Shown here one piece after another: positions 49,543 to 62,544 of a DNA stretch of 64,000 nt. Source of the stretch: Ginglymostoma cirratum. Its lineage: Eukaryota. The stretch's first letter is position 1. Each line of letters opens with the position of its first letter. The stretch covers positions 33,708,805-33,772,804 of the forward strand of contig JAHRHZ010000140.1 of NCBI GenBank assembly GCA_024137785.1, in the 5' to 3' direction. The notes under the pieces are model-generated. The model did not search any database, had not been told where the DNA came from, and saw nothing but the letters and a program-made list of their open reading frames with translations. The translations under genes were made by a program, and so were the position numbers.

Positions 49543-50044
49543 GCCAGGATTGTTTGATGTCCAGTTGAGCAATCTGAACACCTCAATGTTTTCAACCTTC
49601 GATTATAATTTATTGGATTTTCACTGAGGTGGGCAAAACCTGGAGAGATTTGAAAGACATTTCAAACTATAAGGCGTAAAGTCCCTCCATGAAATCCAAA
49701 TGAAATACACGAATGGTCAAGTTGGATTTTCTCCATGCACCTCACGCTACGTTTCTCCATTATTTATTTTAGAAGCTTGACAGTTATGGGAAAATGGAAA
49801 TGATGACATGTGACATTATATTTGTGATATAAATGCATAATCAATAACCAATAAATATGGAGTTTGCTTCGTTTGCGAGTGAGACCTGTACAACTCGTTC
49901 ATGTGATGCGTATGTAATTAAGACCACGGTGTATACCCACAATTCATTTTATACTCACAGGCCTTCAGTCAGACAAAGTGTATTCAACAAACTCATCTGA
50001 AATATGTTTGCCTTTTTCACCTGAAAACGGGCCAGAAACAGCCA

Positions 50045-50155
50045 GGACAGATGCAGAGAAATTGCTGGAGAAACTCAGCTGATCTGACAGCATCTGTGGA
50101 GAGAGAAACAAAGTTAACGTTTCAAGCCCAGCTTGATGACCCTACTTCATAGCAT
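50045..50155 (-). mobile_element. PLE pseudo-LTR with decayed hammerhead
   Basis: Minus strand aTGAAGTagggtcatcaagctgggcttGAAAcgTTaac...ctctccacagatgctgtcagatc. Confidence 0.65.
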
Positions 50156-52357
50156 CTGAACATCCAGATTCCCTTCCTGATAGCCCTCAGTGCGAAGCCC
50201 CTAGGCTTTCCTCCTACCCAGGTCCTCACTCAATCCATGTCTATATGACCCTGCACCTGCCCATCTTTCGCCAGCAGCCTTTAGCATATGAGGTGACCAT
50301 GCCAGGTGTGAGTAGACCCTGCTTATCCCTCCTCCTGTTGAAGTCAGACTGCTCTTGACTGTGGATGAGCCCCCTTCCATTGATCCTGTTCCCATTCATG
50401 CTTTACCATACCACTCTTACAAATACTGTTGCCTTCTTCACAATTATCATTTTCCCTGCTTCCCTGGTCTGCAGCCCTGAAACCCCATGAAAATATTCCC
50501 AGCCTGTTTATCACAGCAGCAGCCTCTTGTAACCACCACCGCTCACCTCCACCCACCACCCCCCCCCCCCCACAACCCCCCACAAACTCCTTTTCCCCTT
50601 AGTTTCTCTGGACTAACTTCACTTCCTTGACTGCCATAACTGGAGATATGTAAACAAGGGGTGACTAGAACCCTGACTGATACCTATACATCTCCCCAAC
50701 AGTGTAAACCCTCCCTATGGACTGACTACAATGGAGCCATAGCCTATCATGGACCCACTGCCTGGACTGCAGAGGCACAGGTGTCCTGACCAAAAACACC
50801 CTGAGTGAATGCTTAACCATGGCCACACTTCTGGACTTGTACGGGAGGCTATCCTTGACCTACTGTACCAGGACCCCCTGACTCATGGACATGGCGAGCA
50901 CAATGTTGCCTAAGACCTTGAGATGTTTTCCATGTAAGCATTTGACATGTGATGCAGGTGCAAGATTGACATAGCACCTTGCCATACAGCAAGCTGCATG
51001 GCCCTTCGACTGGAGATTGCAGCTGAGATCAACTAAAGTCACCAGGTACATGCTCTGAACTCCACGACGAAAGAATTCTCAGTGAGGGTTTAGTTTGGTC
51101 ATAGTGGGTGGTACAATCGGAACCTGCATATTAATGATGCAAGGTGAACATTTAATGAGGTAGTTAACAAAATAAAGTTAAGAAGTAATAATCTCACTCA
51201 ATAGGCAGCTCCTTGCTGCCTTGCAGCAATCTCGCATGAACACCTGTAACTTAATTAAAAGATGCAGCAAGTCAGTTTCAATGTCAAGATAGGCCTTGTT
51301 GGACTTTTCAAATCAATCTGCCACATTTATCACTATAGCCCACATCATTCAGGCCTCTACACAATTCTAAATAATGTCTTACTATTATTTTTATCCTTTG
51401 CTATGTAATGTTCTTGATTGTGGTTGGATTAATAATGATGGTAGTTACTAACTAAAAGATGCAAGATAGTTTGATTGAATCATACTTGTTTGCAAGCTAA
51501 ACAGATCAAATTATATTTGGAAATTTATCAGAATTAAATAAAGGTATTGAAATAAATCAAACATACGTCCCACCAGACTGGTCCTACTGCATGATTGGAA
51601 CATCCTGCGTTAAAGTTGTGTTCCACGCAAAATGTTCCCCTGGATCATGGAGTGCAATAAAAAAAAATTCTTGCAGAAAAGTAACATACAAAACATATTT
51701 TCAGGTAGCTGTGAAGTGTGACCAGATTTATGTGTGATATGTTCATATTTATCTTGTTTCATATGCTTGAAATCGCCATTTATTTACAATGATCTCACCG
51801 TAAAATGCACTCACTTATTTCTTTTGAAAATTGTTTAATGTGTTAGCTGTCTTTTAGACATTATAGTTTTGTACCTTTATTTATTTTTGCATGTCTTGCC
51901 AGTTTTCATCTTTACGTTAGACCGCAAGTAAAAGTGAGAGTGAGACTTGCGTATAACGTTCCAAAAACAGTTTGATCTATTGTTCAGTGAATTTCAGTGA
52001 ATGGATGCAGCAAAATAAAAATTAGCTGTCCGTTTGCTATGAAGCCATTCCATTGTAATTGTGTAGATCAATTTTGTCCCAGTATCTATAGTTACAAGAC
52101 AGTGACTGAAAGCCACTTTGAGGTAGGACAGATTAGGAGACAGGAAAAAGCACCTCATGCCTGGGCAGCCTTTGTTGGCAATCAGCCCTCCTTGTGTGTT
52201 TTCATATTATATGAATTATCACTAGGAATAGTTCCTCTTTCAAATTTAATCAATATTAGCTAAAAGACCGGTTAGCTAAAAGACTGGTTTCCGAGAATTT
52301 TTTTTTGTCTTCCACAGGTATTTGGATTTTCTGCTTGTCCTACTTAAAAAGTAAAAC

Positions 52358-52535
52358 TGGCCAGGAATCCAAGGAGAACTCTCCTTTCAAGTAGTAAAAT
52401 AGAACCCTTTACAATACAAATGACATCTTATCTGAAAGATGGCATTTCTAATAGTGCATGAATTGTCTACTCAGGTCTCTGGACTAGGGCTTGTATTTAC
52501 AATCCCTTATCTAGAGTTGAGAACGTTACCATTTA
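52358..52535 (-). mobile_element. Deu-domain SINE 5' half, old
   Basis: ggccagga..aggagaactc, tcttatctgaaagatggca, actcaggtctctgga...gggcttg form a reverse-complemented head and body. Confidence 0.5.
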
Positions 52536-53734
52536 CAGACATACTTCAATCTTTGACTGAGTGAAATACGCCCCTAATTTTTGCAGTACAACATCCTTCT
52601 ATATGCATAGATGTACTCTTCTTACCCTGTCATTGACACGTTTTTACAGCAGTAACATTGGTAGCTAGTGTATCTGACTCTTGACCCCTAACTTGTTCAT
52701 AGGCATTGGTCAGTGTAAGCATTGTTTCAGTCGTGCTGTTCAATAGGGGACCAGCAAAATGTGATCATAAACATGGGTATGTCATTGTGCCCAGTGAGCC
52801 CACTCTGCCATTCAAGATGATCTATCCTCTATCACAAGACTGTATAAGATTTGTGGCAGGAAACTGGGATACATTCAAACTGCTGATGATGGGATCTTCT
52901 CAAGTTTGTCATTGACCTGAACAATGCATATGTGTAAGTGAAGTAAACATCATATTTGTGTGTGGTTGTCCTCATATTACAAGATGAAAAAATCTTAAAT
53001 GAGGGCCTTTGCTGACAGTAGAGCTCTGGTAAGACATTAGAGCTGTTGGTGAAGCAACACCCATGGTTGTATAAGCATGATTTCCACTTCAACCAACCAT
53101 TGATTTAACATGCAGATAATGCAACTCAAGAATATTTAGCTCGAATATGAATTTTTGGTGACAGAGAAGTATACTTTCACCAACCTGTCTTGAATTGCAG
53201 TGTCCACAATGGTTACAATAATCTACAAAAGGTACAATTATGCAACTATCAGGTAATTTCTGCAAATGCTTCTGTCTCATTTTCAGAATTTCCCAAGCCT
53301 TTCTAAATTCAATAGAATTGGAGAATGGAACTTGTAGCTTCAAGCTTTCCCTGAAGATTATTAATGTAGGAAAAGTAAATATAAATGGAATGCAGGAGAG
53401 ATACTCTACCTAGAATTGGGTATATCATTTTTACAGGACAGAGGTAACTGGACACCCGTAGCTACTGTCAAAGAGCTAGATAGTGCCATAAACTGCTAAA
53501 TTAGAACGGTGTGTCAGTACTCAAGTGTTTCATTTACAAAATCACAAGGGAAAGCAGCTCTGAAAAATCAGGTTTAAAAATAAAACATTGAAAATTAAAA
53601 CATTAATAATAATTCAGTTGTATCAGGGATTGCGGTAGGAAAGCAAACTCTAATCACAATATTTTAAAGTGCAATGAATGGAGAGATATTTGACATTATA
53701 AGTACTAATTATAAATAACTTCTTTCATTCATTC

Positions 53735-54325
53735 ATATGTCTTATCTGTTGCTTGAAACCCTCATCAATGTCTTTGTTTCCTTGAAAACTGACCATTATA
53801 GCACAATGGCTAGATTCTACATTCTGCCTTCAATGAATTTGAGGTTGTTCAAAACTCCACTGACCACATCCTAATTCTAACCAGATTCCATTCACCAGTC
53901 GTTCTTGTTCTCACTGATCTGTACTACTTTACGGTTTAGCAATGCCTGTTTAAAATTCTCATGCCTGTTTCGAAATATTTCCATGGCCTCACCCCTAATT
54001 TGTCTTTAAGATCTCCGCCAACCCTACACCTTACCAAGATATCTACATTCCACTTATTCTGGTTTCTTGTACATTCAATGATTTTAATTGCTCTACCATT
54101 GGTGACTATGCCATCAGCTGCCAAGGCTATAACTCTAGTATTCTTCTTCTAAATCTCTCTGTCCCTTCACCTTTCTTTTCTTCTTTGACATGTTCCTTAA
54201 AACAGCCTCTTTGACCAAGTTTTTGGACATCTGCCCTAGTAGCTCTTTTTATCACTTATTGCACAAGCATCTTGTAACATTGCATCATGTTAAATGTGCC
54301 ATATAAATAGAAGTTATTGTTGTGG
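53735..54325 (+). mobile_element. L2 LINE 3' end
   Basis: gaaaccctcatcaatgtctttgtt (ETLI..FV), caaaactcc (QN), tttaaaattctc (FKIL), catggcctcacccct (HGL.P) and the L2 tail gttaaatgtgccatataaatagaagttattgttg. Confidence 0.75.
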
Positions 54326-56859
54326 TCTTTATTCATATTGGCTATAGTCATAGATGTGTTATCAACAATATGTAACAGAAAATGTTCCAAAAGTAACTGA
54401 AAATTATATGTTGTATGCACTAATTTAAATATATATATAAATAAACATTTTTACAATAACCAAACTATGAAATAAGTACATTTCAGTTCTGGTTATAATT
54501 TTCTTTATGTATTTTTATAATGACTTATTTAATTTTTAATTTTTTCAGCAGCAGCTGCAAATCTCTCTGCTTTTGGCCTTACTTCTGAAGACAGCCAAAC
54601 TTCATCAAACAATATGAACCAGCTCTATGACTGCCAGAATCCAGAAAGTGCTGAAGAACAGTTAATTATTTCTCAAGGAGTAATGATCCATTATGTCCCA
54701 TGTAAACTTCCTCTGTATATTTCAAAATTCCCATTTTTGCCTTAGAGGTGCCTCTACTACTCCAGCATCTAATGCATTCTTCAAGACATTTGGGAACACA
54801 AATAGGTGCAATCTTCCAATTAGATATTGGAAAAATTCCAGTTTGTGTTGTTCTTTGTAGTAAAGTGAAGGAAATTGAAGTAATAAATTGCTGCTATTTA
54901 CAAAAGACATGATCACAGTGAGAAAAAGGTTGAAAATAAGATTTTACACGTAAAAGCTGCAGGTAAAGCGCATTGTATTGTTAAAAGGCCCAAATACGAT
55001 CTTTCAGTAAAGGCATGGAATGACATAGTTAACATAGAACAACAAATTCTAATAAATGAATCATTTATCATTAATTTGGAAACTTGTTACATTGGTTAAT
55101 GCCCTTAAGTGTATTATTTATGTACGAAATAATGCTGTCAGGTTTACAGTGTCAAATGGATTTAAAATTTTTCAAGTCATGAAGGATATGGTTATGTGAG
55201 CTTGCAAGAAAACAATGTTTTCAACGAAAAAAAGAATCATGTGTTTTGCTGAGAAAGTTTGAAAGTACTAAGTTCATATCTTGTTTAAATGCCTTGGGTT
55301 AGAATGAGCCCATTGACTGCACAAATGCAGGAAAGCACTACCACTATTGGAATCACATAGTTCATTAAGGCTTTCTGTAACACCAGTAAATTGGATGATA
55401 TTTGAATTGTTTTAACAAACTACTGTGGGCAGATTGTTTGATCCTGGCTTGATGAGAAGAATTAGTCTGGCCATGTTTGTACATGTTGTAAATATGTGAT
55501 TGGCAGTTTGTCAAAATAGTGATTTATGCACAAAGAAATGATAACTGCGAAAGAAAGTTTTTTAATAAGAGATGTACAGGAGAAACCAAGGAAGCATGAG
55601 ATAGATCCAGTGATAGTTGGATTAGAATGTTATTATTATTTATATGTACAAAGTTGAATTGTACTGTGTACAGAAAAGCTGCAGTGGGATTATTTTGATC
55701 ATAATTAGTAAAGAATCGTCTATGCACAGTATTCAGTTCAATTTTGACCATTTGAATTGTCTAAACTAAACTCCATTTAGACTTTGACCCAATTTGCTGA
55801 TATTAACTGATACCCACCAAATGTTGTCCATACAAGGTTTGTTTATCGTTATGTTTAAGCTGTTAAAGAATAGTAGTCTTTTCAAAATACAGTAAAATGC
55901 CCAGTATTATAAAGCCTTCAAAGATCTCCAGAGTGCCTTACATGGCTTGTTAACAAGAAAATTAACAACTTTTAAAGAGGTGCATTTTTAATTAAGCCTT
56001 TGCTGTAAGGCAGCAAAGCCAGGCAAATGTAGCATACATTAGTTTGGGTATTTGAAAGTTAATTAGCTCAAAAATGTTATGATGTCAGCATTAAAATAGT
56101 GTTTTGTTTAAACACTAATTTTATTCGCATGGTGAATGGATTTAGTTTAGACTCAGGAAATCATGCTGTGAATATGTGTACTGATTCATAAAATCTTGAT
56201 TTCTTGTACATTTTATAAGTATACTGTAAATTTATGCACAAATATAAATTATTAAGATAATGCCACTTGTGGCCAGAAGGCCATGGGTTTCTGATTCACA
56301 TGCTCTGTAAGGTAATCTCTGCATACCCACATCGTAAATATTTATTTCTTTGTTTCAGTACTAAAACAGTAAATTGCTGTCCTGAAAATAAGGATCGTAT
56401 GCGGATCAGCTACAAATTTTACACATATTTTTGTATTGTGATTCATGTATATTAGCAGATATTTCTATCCATTTGTAAAATACGTATATTATTGTAACTT
56501 TTCTAATAAAAACATCACTGTTCTAGATCTTCATGGCTGCAAAGGAAGTTCATTTCTTTCTTGAGGTTCTTCATTATTTTCAGAAAATTTGTTCACCTGT
56601 CTTTCTGATGCACTGTCCAGCTTTGTTAAAAAATGTAATAATGCTGCCATTTGCAAAATGAAAAGTAAGCGTAAAAATCATACAATTAGCAGAGATCAAG
56701 AACTTTTGGTCCATTTTACAAATGTTGACATAACCCTTCAAATTGGAGCATCTACTCCAAACTTGATCTCCCTTCGAAGCGGGTATTTGGGGTTGCAGTA
56801 ATGTTATGTGGGAATAAAACATTCTAATTCCTATTCTGTTTTTCTAATGATAATCCTCG

Positions 56860-57570
56860 GTTTGTGCAATTGTTATTGCTTTATTGTCCAAGGAATCAGC
56901 CTTTCACTATTTCCATAATTAAAACTTTCTGGATCATGAGAACTCCATGAGATCCTGTCTCGATTTTCACTGTTCCAATGGAAAGACTTCAACTTCAATC
57001 TCTTTGTCATTACTGTAGCTTTCATTCCAAATATCATTCTCTTGAATCTTTGCAACCCCCAACTATGGTTTCAATATTCTTCTAAATAAGAAGTCCAGAG
57101 TTGGAAAATATGCTTAACTGGCCAATTGGCCTGGCCCATACAGTTGGTCTAATCAATATTTTGACAAATCCAATCTTATTTCCTTCTACATGCAATGGTC
57201 TATGTATGATATCCACAGACCTATTTTCTCTTTTATAGCCTTTTCTACCTGAAGACCTACCTTTTCCATTTGAGCACCAAGTTCCTCCAATCTATTCAGC
57301 ATCTTATAATTTAAAGAATACTTCATTTTACTATTCAGCAGCAGCTACCTAAAATACTAACCAGGCTATGTCCTTCAGCAAGTTTCTATTTTCTTCCACA
57401 CATTTTGTTGTATTCTCTAACTCAGTATCATTGACAAATTTTATTACGGTATCTTTGTAGCTTTGTCCAAATCATCTTTGTAAAAGAAAAACATGAATGA
57501 TCCTTGTATTCTCAAGAGTGCAGCACTCCCTTCATGCCTCCAATCAAACAATTTCCATTAAGCTGTATTT
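56860..57570 (-). mobile_element. Very old CR1 RT/3' fragment
   Basis: gtatcattgacaaattt (reverse-complemented KF.DDT-like) and ctcttgaatctttgcaacc patterns. Heavily diverged. Confidence 0.45.
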
Positions 57571-57889
57571 TTTTGCAGATCAGGTAGCAACAGTGCAAAG
57601 AAGACAAAGGGCCGAATTTTCCTGTTTTTTGGTAATGTATCTTTTTCAGTGAGTTTCATGATGACTGGTCTGTCATAATCTACCTGGACTTTTCTCACAC
57701 AATCTTCTTCCCTTCATCTCATTAATGGTGTAATGCTTTCTTCGGCACAGAATTCTTGGAATCGTGTGACATGAGAGGTGGGATAGTGTGCCACTGCCAG
57801 AACTTTGCAACATCCATCCTTCAAGCACCACTGTTTGACTGCCCTTCAGCTGCTGAGAACCAGGAAGTGCCCCTCACGCTGTGGTGTTC

Positions 57890-58450
57890 CAGTGTTATCC
57901 CCAAGGAAAGGCCCAGAGAAGCAAGTTAGTTGTCTGCTTTATGAACATGGTCTCAAGGCAGATGGGGTGGTGGAGAAGAGAAAGCCATTGTTTGCCCTGC
58001 TTACCAACAAAGGAGGTCACTCGAGAAACTCAGTCAGCCTGCACCAAGTTGGCATTGTGGGTCAGTGCGCTATCCTGGGTAAAGCACAATGTACAGCAGT
58101 GCAGGGAAAAGGTCTTCTGCCCTCCACACAGGTAAATCACTACCATCTTTCTACTTTCTCATACTCATGGGGCTACCATTCATTCTATCTCTACCACTAC
58201 ACATGCTTCTCACCAAGGATCATGAACTTCAATTCTCATTATTGCATGCGTTATAATCATGCAACAGATCTCAATCATCTCATTCTCTCAAACTGCTAAC
58301 CTTTCCTGGCCCTGCTCTTCCTACTCATCCTCTGGGAACATCTTATCATCTAGCCCCTGCTCATACATCACTTCTAACAGCTCTTCCATGTTCGGTCGTA
58401 CTCAGTCCCTCCCTTTGTCTCTTCACAGGAAAAACTAACTTACCCAAGAC
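57890..58450 (+). mobile_element. Harbinger-type Myb/SANT gene remnant
   Basis: DGVVEKRKPLF... WVSALSWVKHNVQQCREKV (VSA....R..QC.KK). Donor CAG|GTAAAT at 58132, acceptor CAG at 58426-28 followed by EKL. Confidence 0.65.
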
Positions 58451-58689
58451 TGATATCTTCACAACATTCCTCAACCGCGCCCCCCCCCACCAATAAATGA
58501 TGCACTATAATTCAGGACTGATTGCATTTGATCTACCAACTGGCCTGATCCCCAATCACATGGATCCCTACACTATGGGAGGATCAAGCGCTTGACTGAC
58601 CTGGACAATTCTTTGGATTAGAAATGGATATAGCCATTGTCTGAGCATGGTGGCTTCCCCGACCAACTGTTGTCCTCCTTGATCCCACT

Positions 58690-59760
58690 AAGAACTGGAC
58701 CCTTAGCAGCTTCTTGCAAATAAAACTGTGGTAGACCAGTGGGAGCCATTCAAGGAGGAAGTAGCAAGAGTATAGGACAAATATGTTCCCATAGAGACAA
58801 AGGGTGTAACCAAGACCAAAGAACTCTGGATGGCAAGGTACAGAAAGGTTAGGATTAAGGAAAGAAAAGAAGCTTATGGCAGACACCAAAGCTGCAAGAC
58901 AGCAGAGTCCAAGAGGAGTATAAAATGTGAAGGGAGAGCTTTAAAAGAAAATTAGCAAAGCAAACAGAGTGCATGAGAAGGCATTGGTGGGTAGACTAAA
59001 GGAAAACCCAAAGGGGTTTTTTTAAACATATAAAGAACAATAGAATAACTATGAAAAGAGGAGGGTCCATTAGGAACCATAGAGGGAATCAATGCATGGA
59101 CATAGAAAATATGTGCACAATCTCAATGAACACTTTGTGTCAGTCTTCAGAAAGGAAAAGTATAACACAGGCTGGACGACTGTTAAATACTAGAAGAAAT
59201 TAACATAGAGAAAATATACTAATGAGTTTAGAAGCCTTAAAAATGGAAAAACTTGCAGGCCTGGATGGCATGTAACATTGGCTTTGAGGGAGGTAAGGGA
59301 GGGGACTTAATGGGACCAGGCAGTAATTTTCAAGTCCTCTCTGTCCGCAAGCAAGATGCCAAAGGGCTGGAAGACTGCAAAATGTTGTCCCATTTTTGAA
59401 AAGGGGACACCAGGAAGTTACAGGCCAGTCTAAGTGGTAGATATGTTATTAGAAAGAACTAGGAGGGACAGAATATTGGAAAGACACAGATTAATCAGAG
59501 GTAGTCAGCATGAATTTGTTAAAGAATGATTACTTTGATAAATTTGATCAAATGTTTTGGGGAGGTAACCAACAGTATTGATGATGATGGTATTACTTTG
59601 ATGTAGTGCACATTGACTATAGCAAGATTTTTTATAATTTCTTCATGCAAACTGGTCAAGCAAGTAAGAGCCCATGGGATCTGAGGCATAGATACTTTGG
59701 ATACAAAATTGGCTGGTATTCATGGAGTAGAGGGTGATTGTAGAGAGTTGGTAGCAGAGG
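58690..59760 (+). mobile_element. CR1 ORF2 internal fragment (tether and RT N-half)
   Basis: QWEPFK, KYVP, KENPK, GLDG, WKTA, YRPV, SQHEFVK and QNWL motifs occur in CR1 order with many disablements. Confidence 0.8.
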
Positions 59761-60049
59761 CTGTAGCTGTGACATTATTATAGCATGGTACCATACAGCA
59801 AGATGCCCACTCTCTTGACTTTTCAGCACCTCAAACCATGACAGTCTGCCTGCCTGTCCCTCTGTGCTAAAAAGAATTGCAAACACAGAGGCTAACAACC
59901 TGTCAGTTAGCACTGAATAACCTGTGCAGTAAAAAGAAATTGAGGCCAGCAGGATGGCATATTCCAAGTAAATGCAAAATAAGTGAGCAATAAGATACTA
60001 AGCTAAGAACCATATGTATCCTGTGTAGGTGCACTAGATTCATGGTCAG

Positions 60050-60880
60050 AATTCACATGACATCAGGTTATAGTCCAACAGGTTTATTTGAAAACACAAG
60101 CTTTCAGAGCTTCAGTCCTTCCTCAGGAGTTAGTGAGAGCGGTAGTATCAGGCATAGAATTGATAAGTAAAAGATCAAAGGTTCACACCATTGATCAGGA
60201 TGTACTAAACAGACCTAAGATGCTGTTAAATCTCTAACCAGTTAGAAGATTTTAATTGATTAATTTGTATATGTAAATCCCCAAATTCCTTTCAAGCCAC
60301 AGTCCAAGAGAACGAAATGTTTTATCAATGTAGAGAAGAGGTGGCATTTTAGGTCTGACAATGCATTTTAGGTGTGAGGCCTTTTTTAGAATCTGTTTGT
60401 GTTTTGGTTTGGAGTCAGACCAGTTTTATTTCTAAAGTAGGAATTTATAAAATGCCACATTGACTGACTTTCAATAAATTGTGTGCTTTTGAACAAAATA
60501 GAGTATATCTGCAAATACAAATTCACACCATAGATTCACACAACTGCCAATTTCCAGACACCACCCTACAACTCATTCGCTTCATCCTTGACAACAACAT
60601 TTTCACCTTCGACAACCAGTTCTCCAGACACGCGGAACCGCCATATGCCAACATTTTCATGCACAGGTTCAATGCACTGAACCTCTGACCAACACCAGAT
60701 ACATTGACAGAATTTTCTTATTTTGGATTCATGGCGAGGAATCACTGAAACAATTACATAGCAATATCAACAAGTTTCATCCCACCATCCGACTTACCAT
60801 GGACTACTATTTAGAATCAGTCTCATTCTTGGACACATGCATTTCCATCGAGGGCGGACACCTCTGTACCTCACTCTACT
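60050..60880 (+). mobile_element. PLE: inverted pseudo-LTR followed by RT fragment
   Basis: 60540-60880 reads LQLIRFILDNNIFTFDNQF..YANIFMH..RYIDRIF.FW.HGEESL...NKFHPTIRLT...SFLD (PLE RT, YIDD mutated). 60050-60535 is a minus-strand terminal repeat. Confidence 0.85.
60095..60128 (-). ncRNA. Minimal type-I hammerhead motif (third variant), partly decayed
   Basis: Minus strand CTGAGGA-A-GGAC-tgaa-GCTCT-GAAA-GC-TT-gtg. Stem III region is the palindrome AAGCTT and stem II is imperfect. Confidence 0.55.
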
Positions 60881-62325
60881 GCTCTTGAGGTGGAATATGA
60901 GGTGCTGTTCCTCCAGTTTGCGTGTGGCATCATTGTGGCACTGAAGGAGGCCCAGAATGGGCATGTCACCCATGGAGTGGGAGGGGGAGTTAAAACAGTC
61001 AGCAACCGGAAGGTGTTGATTATAGTGTACAGAATGCAGATGTAGAGTGCAGATCTCACCGATGTAGAGGAGGCCACATCAGGAGCAATGGATACGGTAG
61101 TCCAGGTTGGAGGATATGCAGGTGAACCCCTGTCAGATATGGTAAGTTTGTCTTGGGCCTTGGATGGAGGTGAGAGGGCAGATATACAAGCAGGTGTAGC
61201 ACCTCCTGTGGTTGCAGGAAAGGTGCTCGGTGTGGTGGGGCTAGTGGGGAGTGTGGAGTGGATGAGGGAGTCACGGAGTGAGCGGTCCCTTTGAAAGGCA
61301 GATAGGGCTGGGGAGAGAAATATCTCTCTGGTGGTGGGGTCAGATTGTAGGTGACGGAAGTGGTGTAGGATGATGCGCTAGATGCGGAGGTTGGTGTAGA
61401 GATATGTGAGAACAAGGGAGATTCTGACTTTATTTATGTTGGAGAGAAGGTGTTTGAAGGCAGATATGCAGAAAATGCAAGAGATACAGTTGAGGGCATT
61501 TTGGATCTATGGAGAGGGGCAGTAGGAGGACGTCTGGGATGTCCGGAAGTGGAACACTCCATCTTAGGAGGTGATAAGGTCATGGATGGTCTGAGAGACG
61601 AAGATCTGATGATCGGGGTGGGGTCATAATTGAGGGGACGGTAGGAGGAATGTCAGAGAGTTGGCGCCTGGCCTCTGTGAAGTAGAGATCAGTATGCCAT
61701 ACCACTACCGCGCCCCCCCCCCTTATCAGCGGGTTTGATGGTGAGGTTGGGGTTGAAGCGGAGGGCTGTATGTTCCATGGGGGAGAAGTTGGAATGGGTG
61801 AGAGGGTTGGAAAAGTTGAAGCGATTGATATTGCGATGGCAGTTGGAGATGAAGAGGTCGAGAGAGGGTAGGTGGCCATGGAGTGGTATCCAGGAGGATG
61901 GGGTTTGTTGGAGGCAGGAGGAGGGGTCAGCAGAGGGTGGGTTAGACTCCCGGTCAAAGAAATAGGCGCAGAGGTGGAGGCAGCAGAAAAAGAGTTCAAC
62001 ATCCAGACGTGAACGGAATTTGTTGATATGTGGGTGCCGGGGAATGAAGGCGAGTCCTTTACTGAGGACTGAGCATTCGTCCTCAGTGAGCGAGAGGTCC
62101 AGGGGTGGGGTGGGGGTGGGGGTTGGGGTGGGGAGGTGGCGGTGGCACAAGGGAGGAGGGTGGTGAAGACCTGGCACAGCTTGGGGCTGGGGCTAAGTGT
62201 AGAGCTGGAGCTTGGACTAGGGGTGGATAATGTCTCAGGAGTGGGTGTGTGTATAGGGCTGGTCATGTGGGTGGAAGTGGAAGTGACATTGTCGACATCA
62301 GTGGTGGAAGTTTAGCTAATAATGT
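60881..62325 (-). mobile_element. PLE with internal deletion of the RT core
   Basis: N-terminal LTEDECSVLSKGL.F.P and NLTIKPADKGG.AVVVW, then a jump near 61565 to post-RT sequence and GIY-YIG (FTCISSNL.Y.IHCS*CGLLYIGE; LEEQHLIF). Confidence 0.88.
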
Positions 62326-62544
62326 TTTGTATATGCGTAGAAATAAGGTAGCTATCGCCCATTAGCGAGATTCGGAACTCATCATTTAAACCCTAAAGGG
62401 GCAAACCAGATCTTTTTTCTCAACATCAAGAATCATTTTTTCCATTTTCATCATATTTTCCCAACTTCCTCAATACTTCCCACTCAAGGGAGGAGAAAAT
62501 TCCACCAAGTTCCCTTTACAGTCTGTCATCTTGCGTCAAAACTG

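Noticed and set aside
52257-52289. Short tandem duplications (also 3123-3146, 7751-7784)
   Set aside because: Two-unit slippage duplications with no spacers. They are not CRISPR-like arrays and no cas genes are present.
61580-62266. 228-aa Pro/Ser/Thr-rich ORF
   Set aside because: Mostly an alternative frame of the PLE N-terminus. It joins the true frame only after a frameshift in the G run near 61715.
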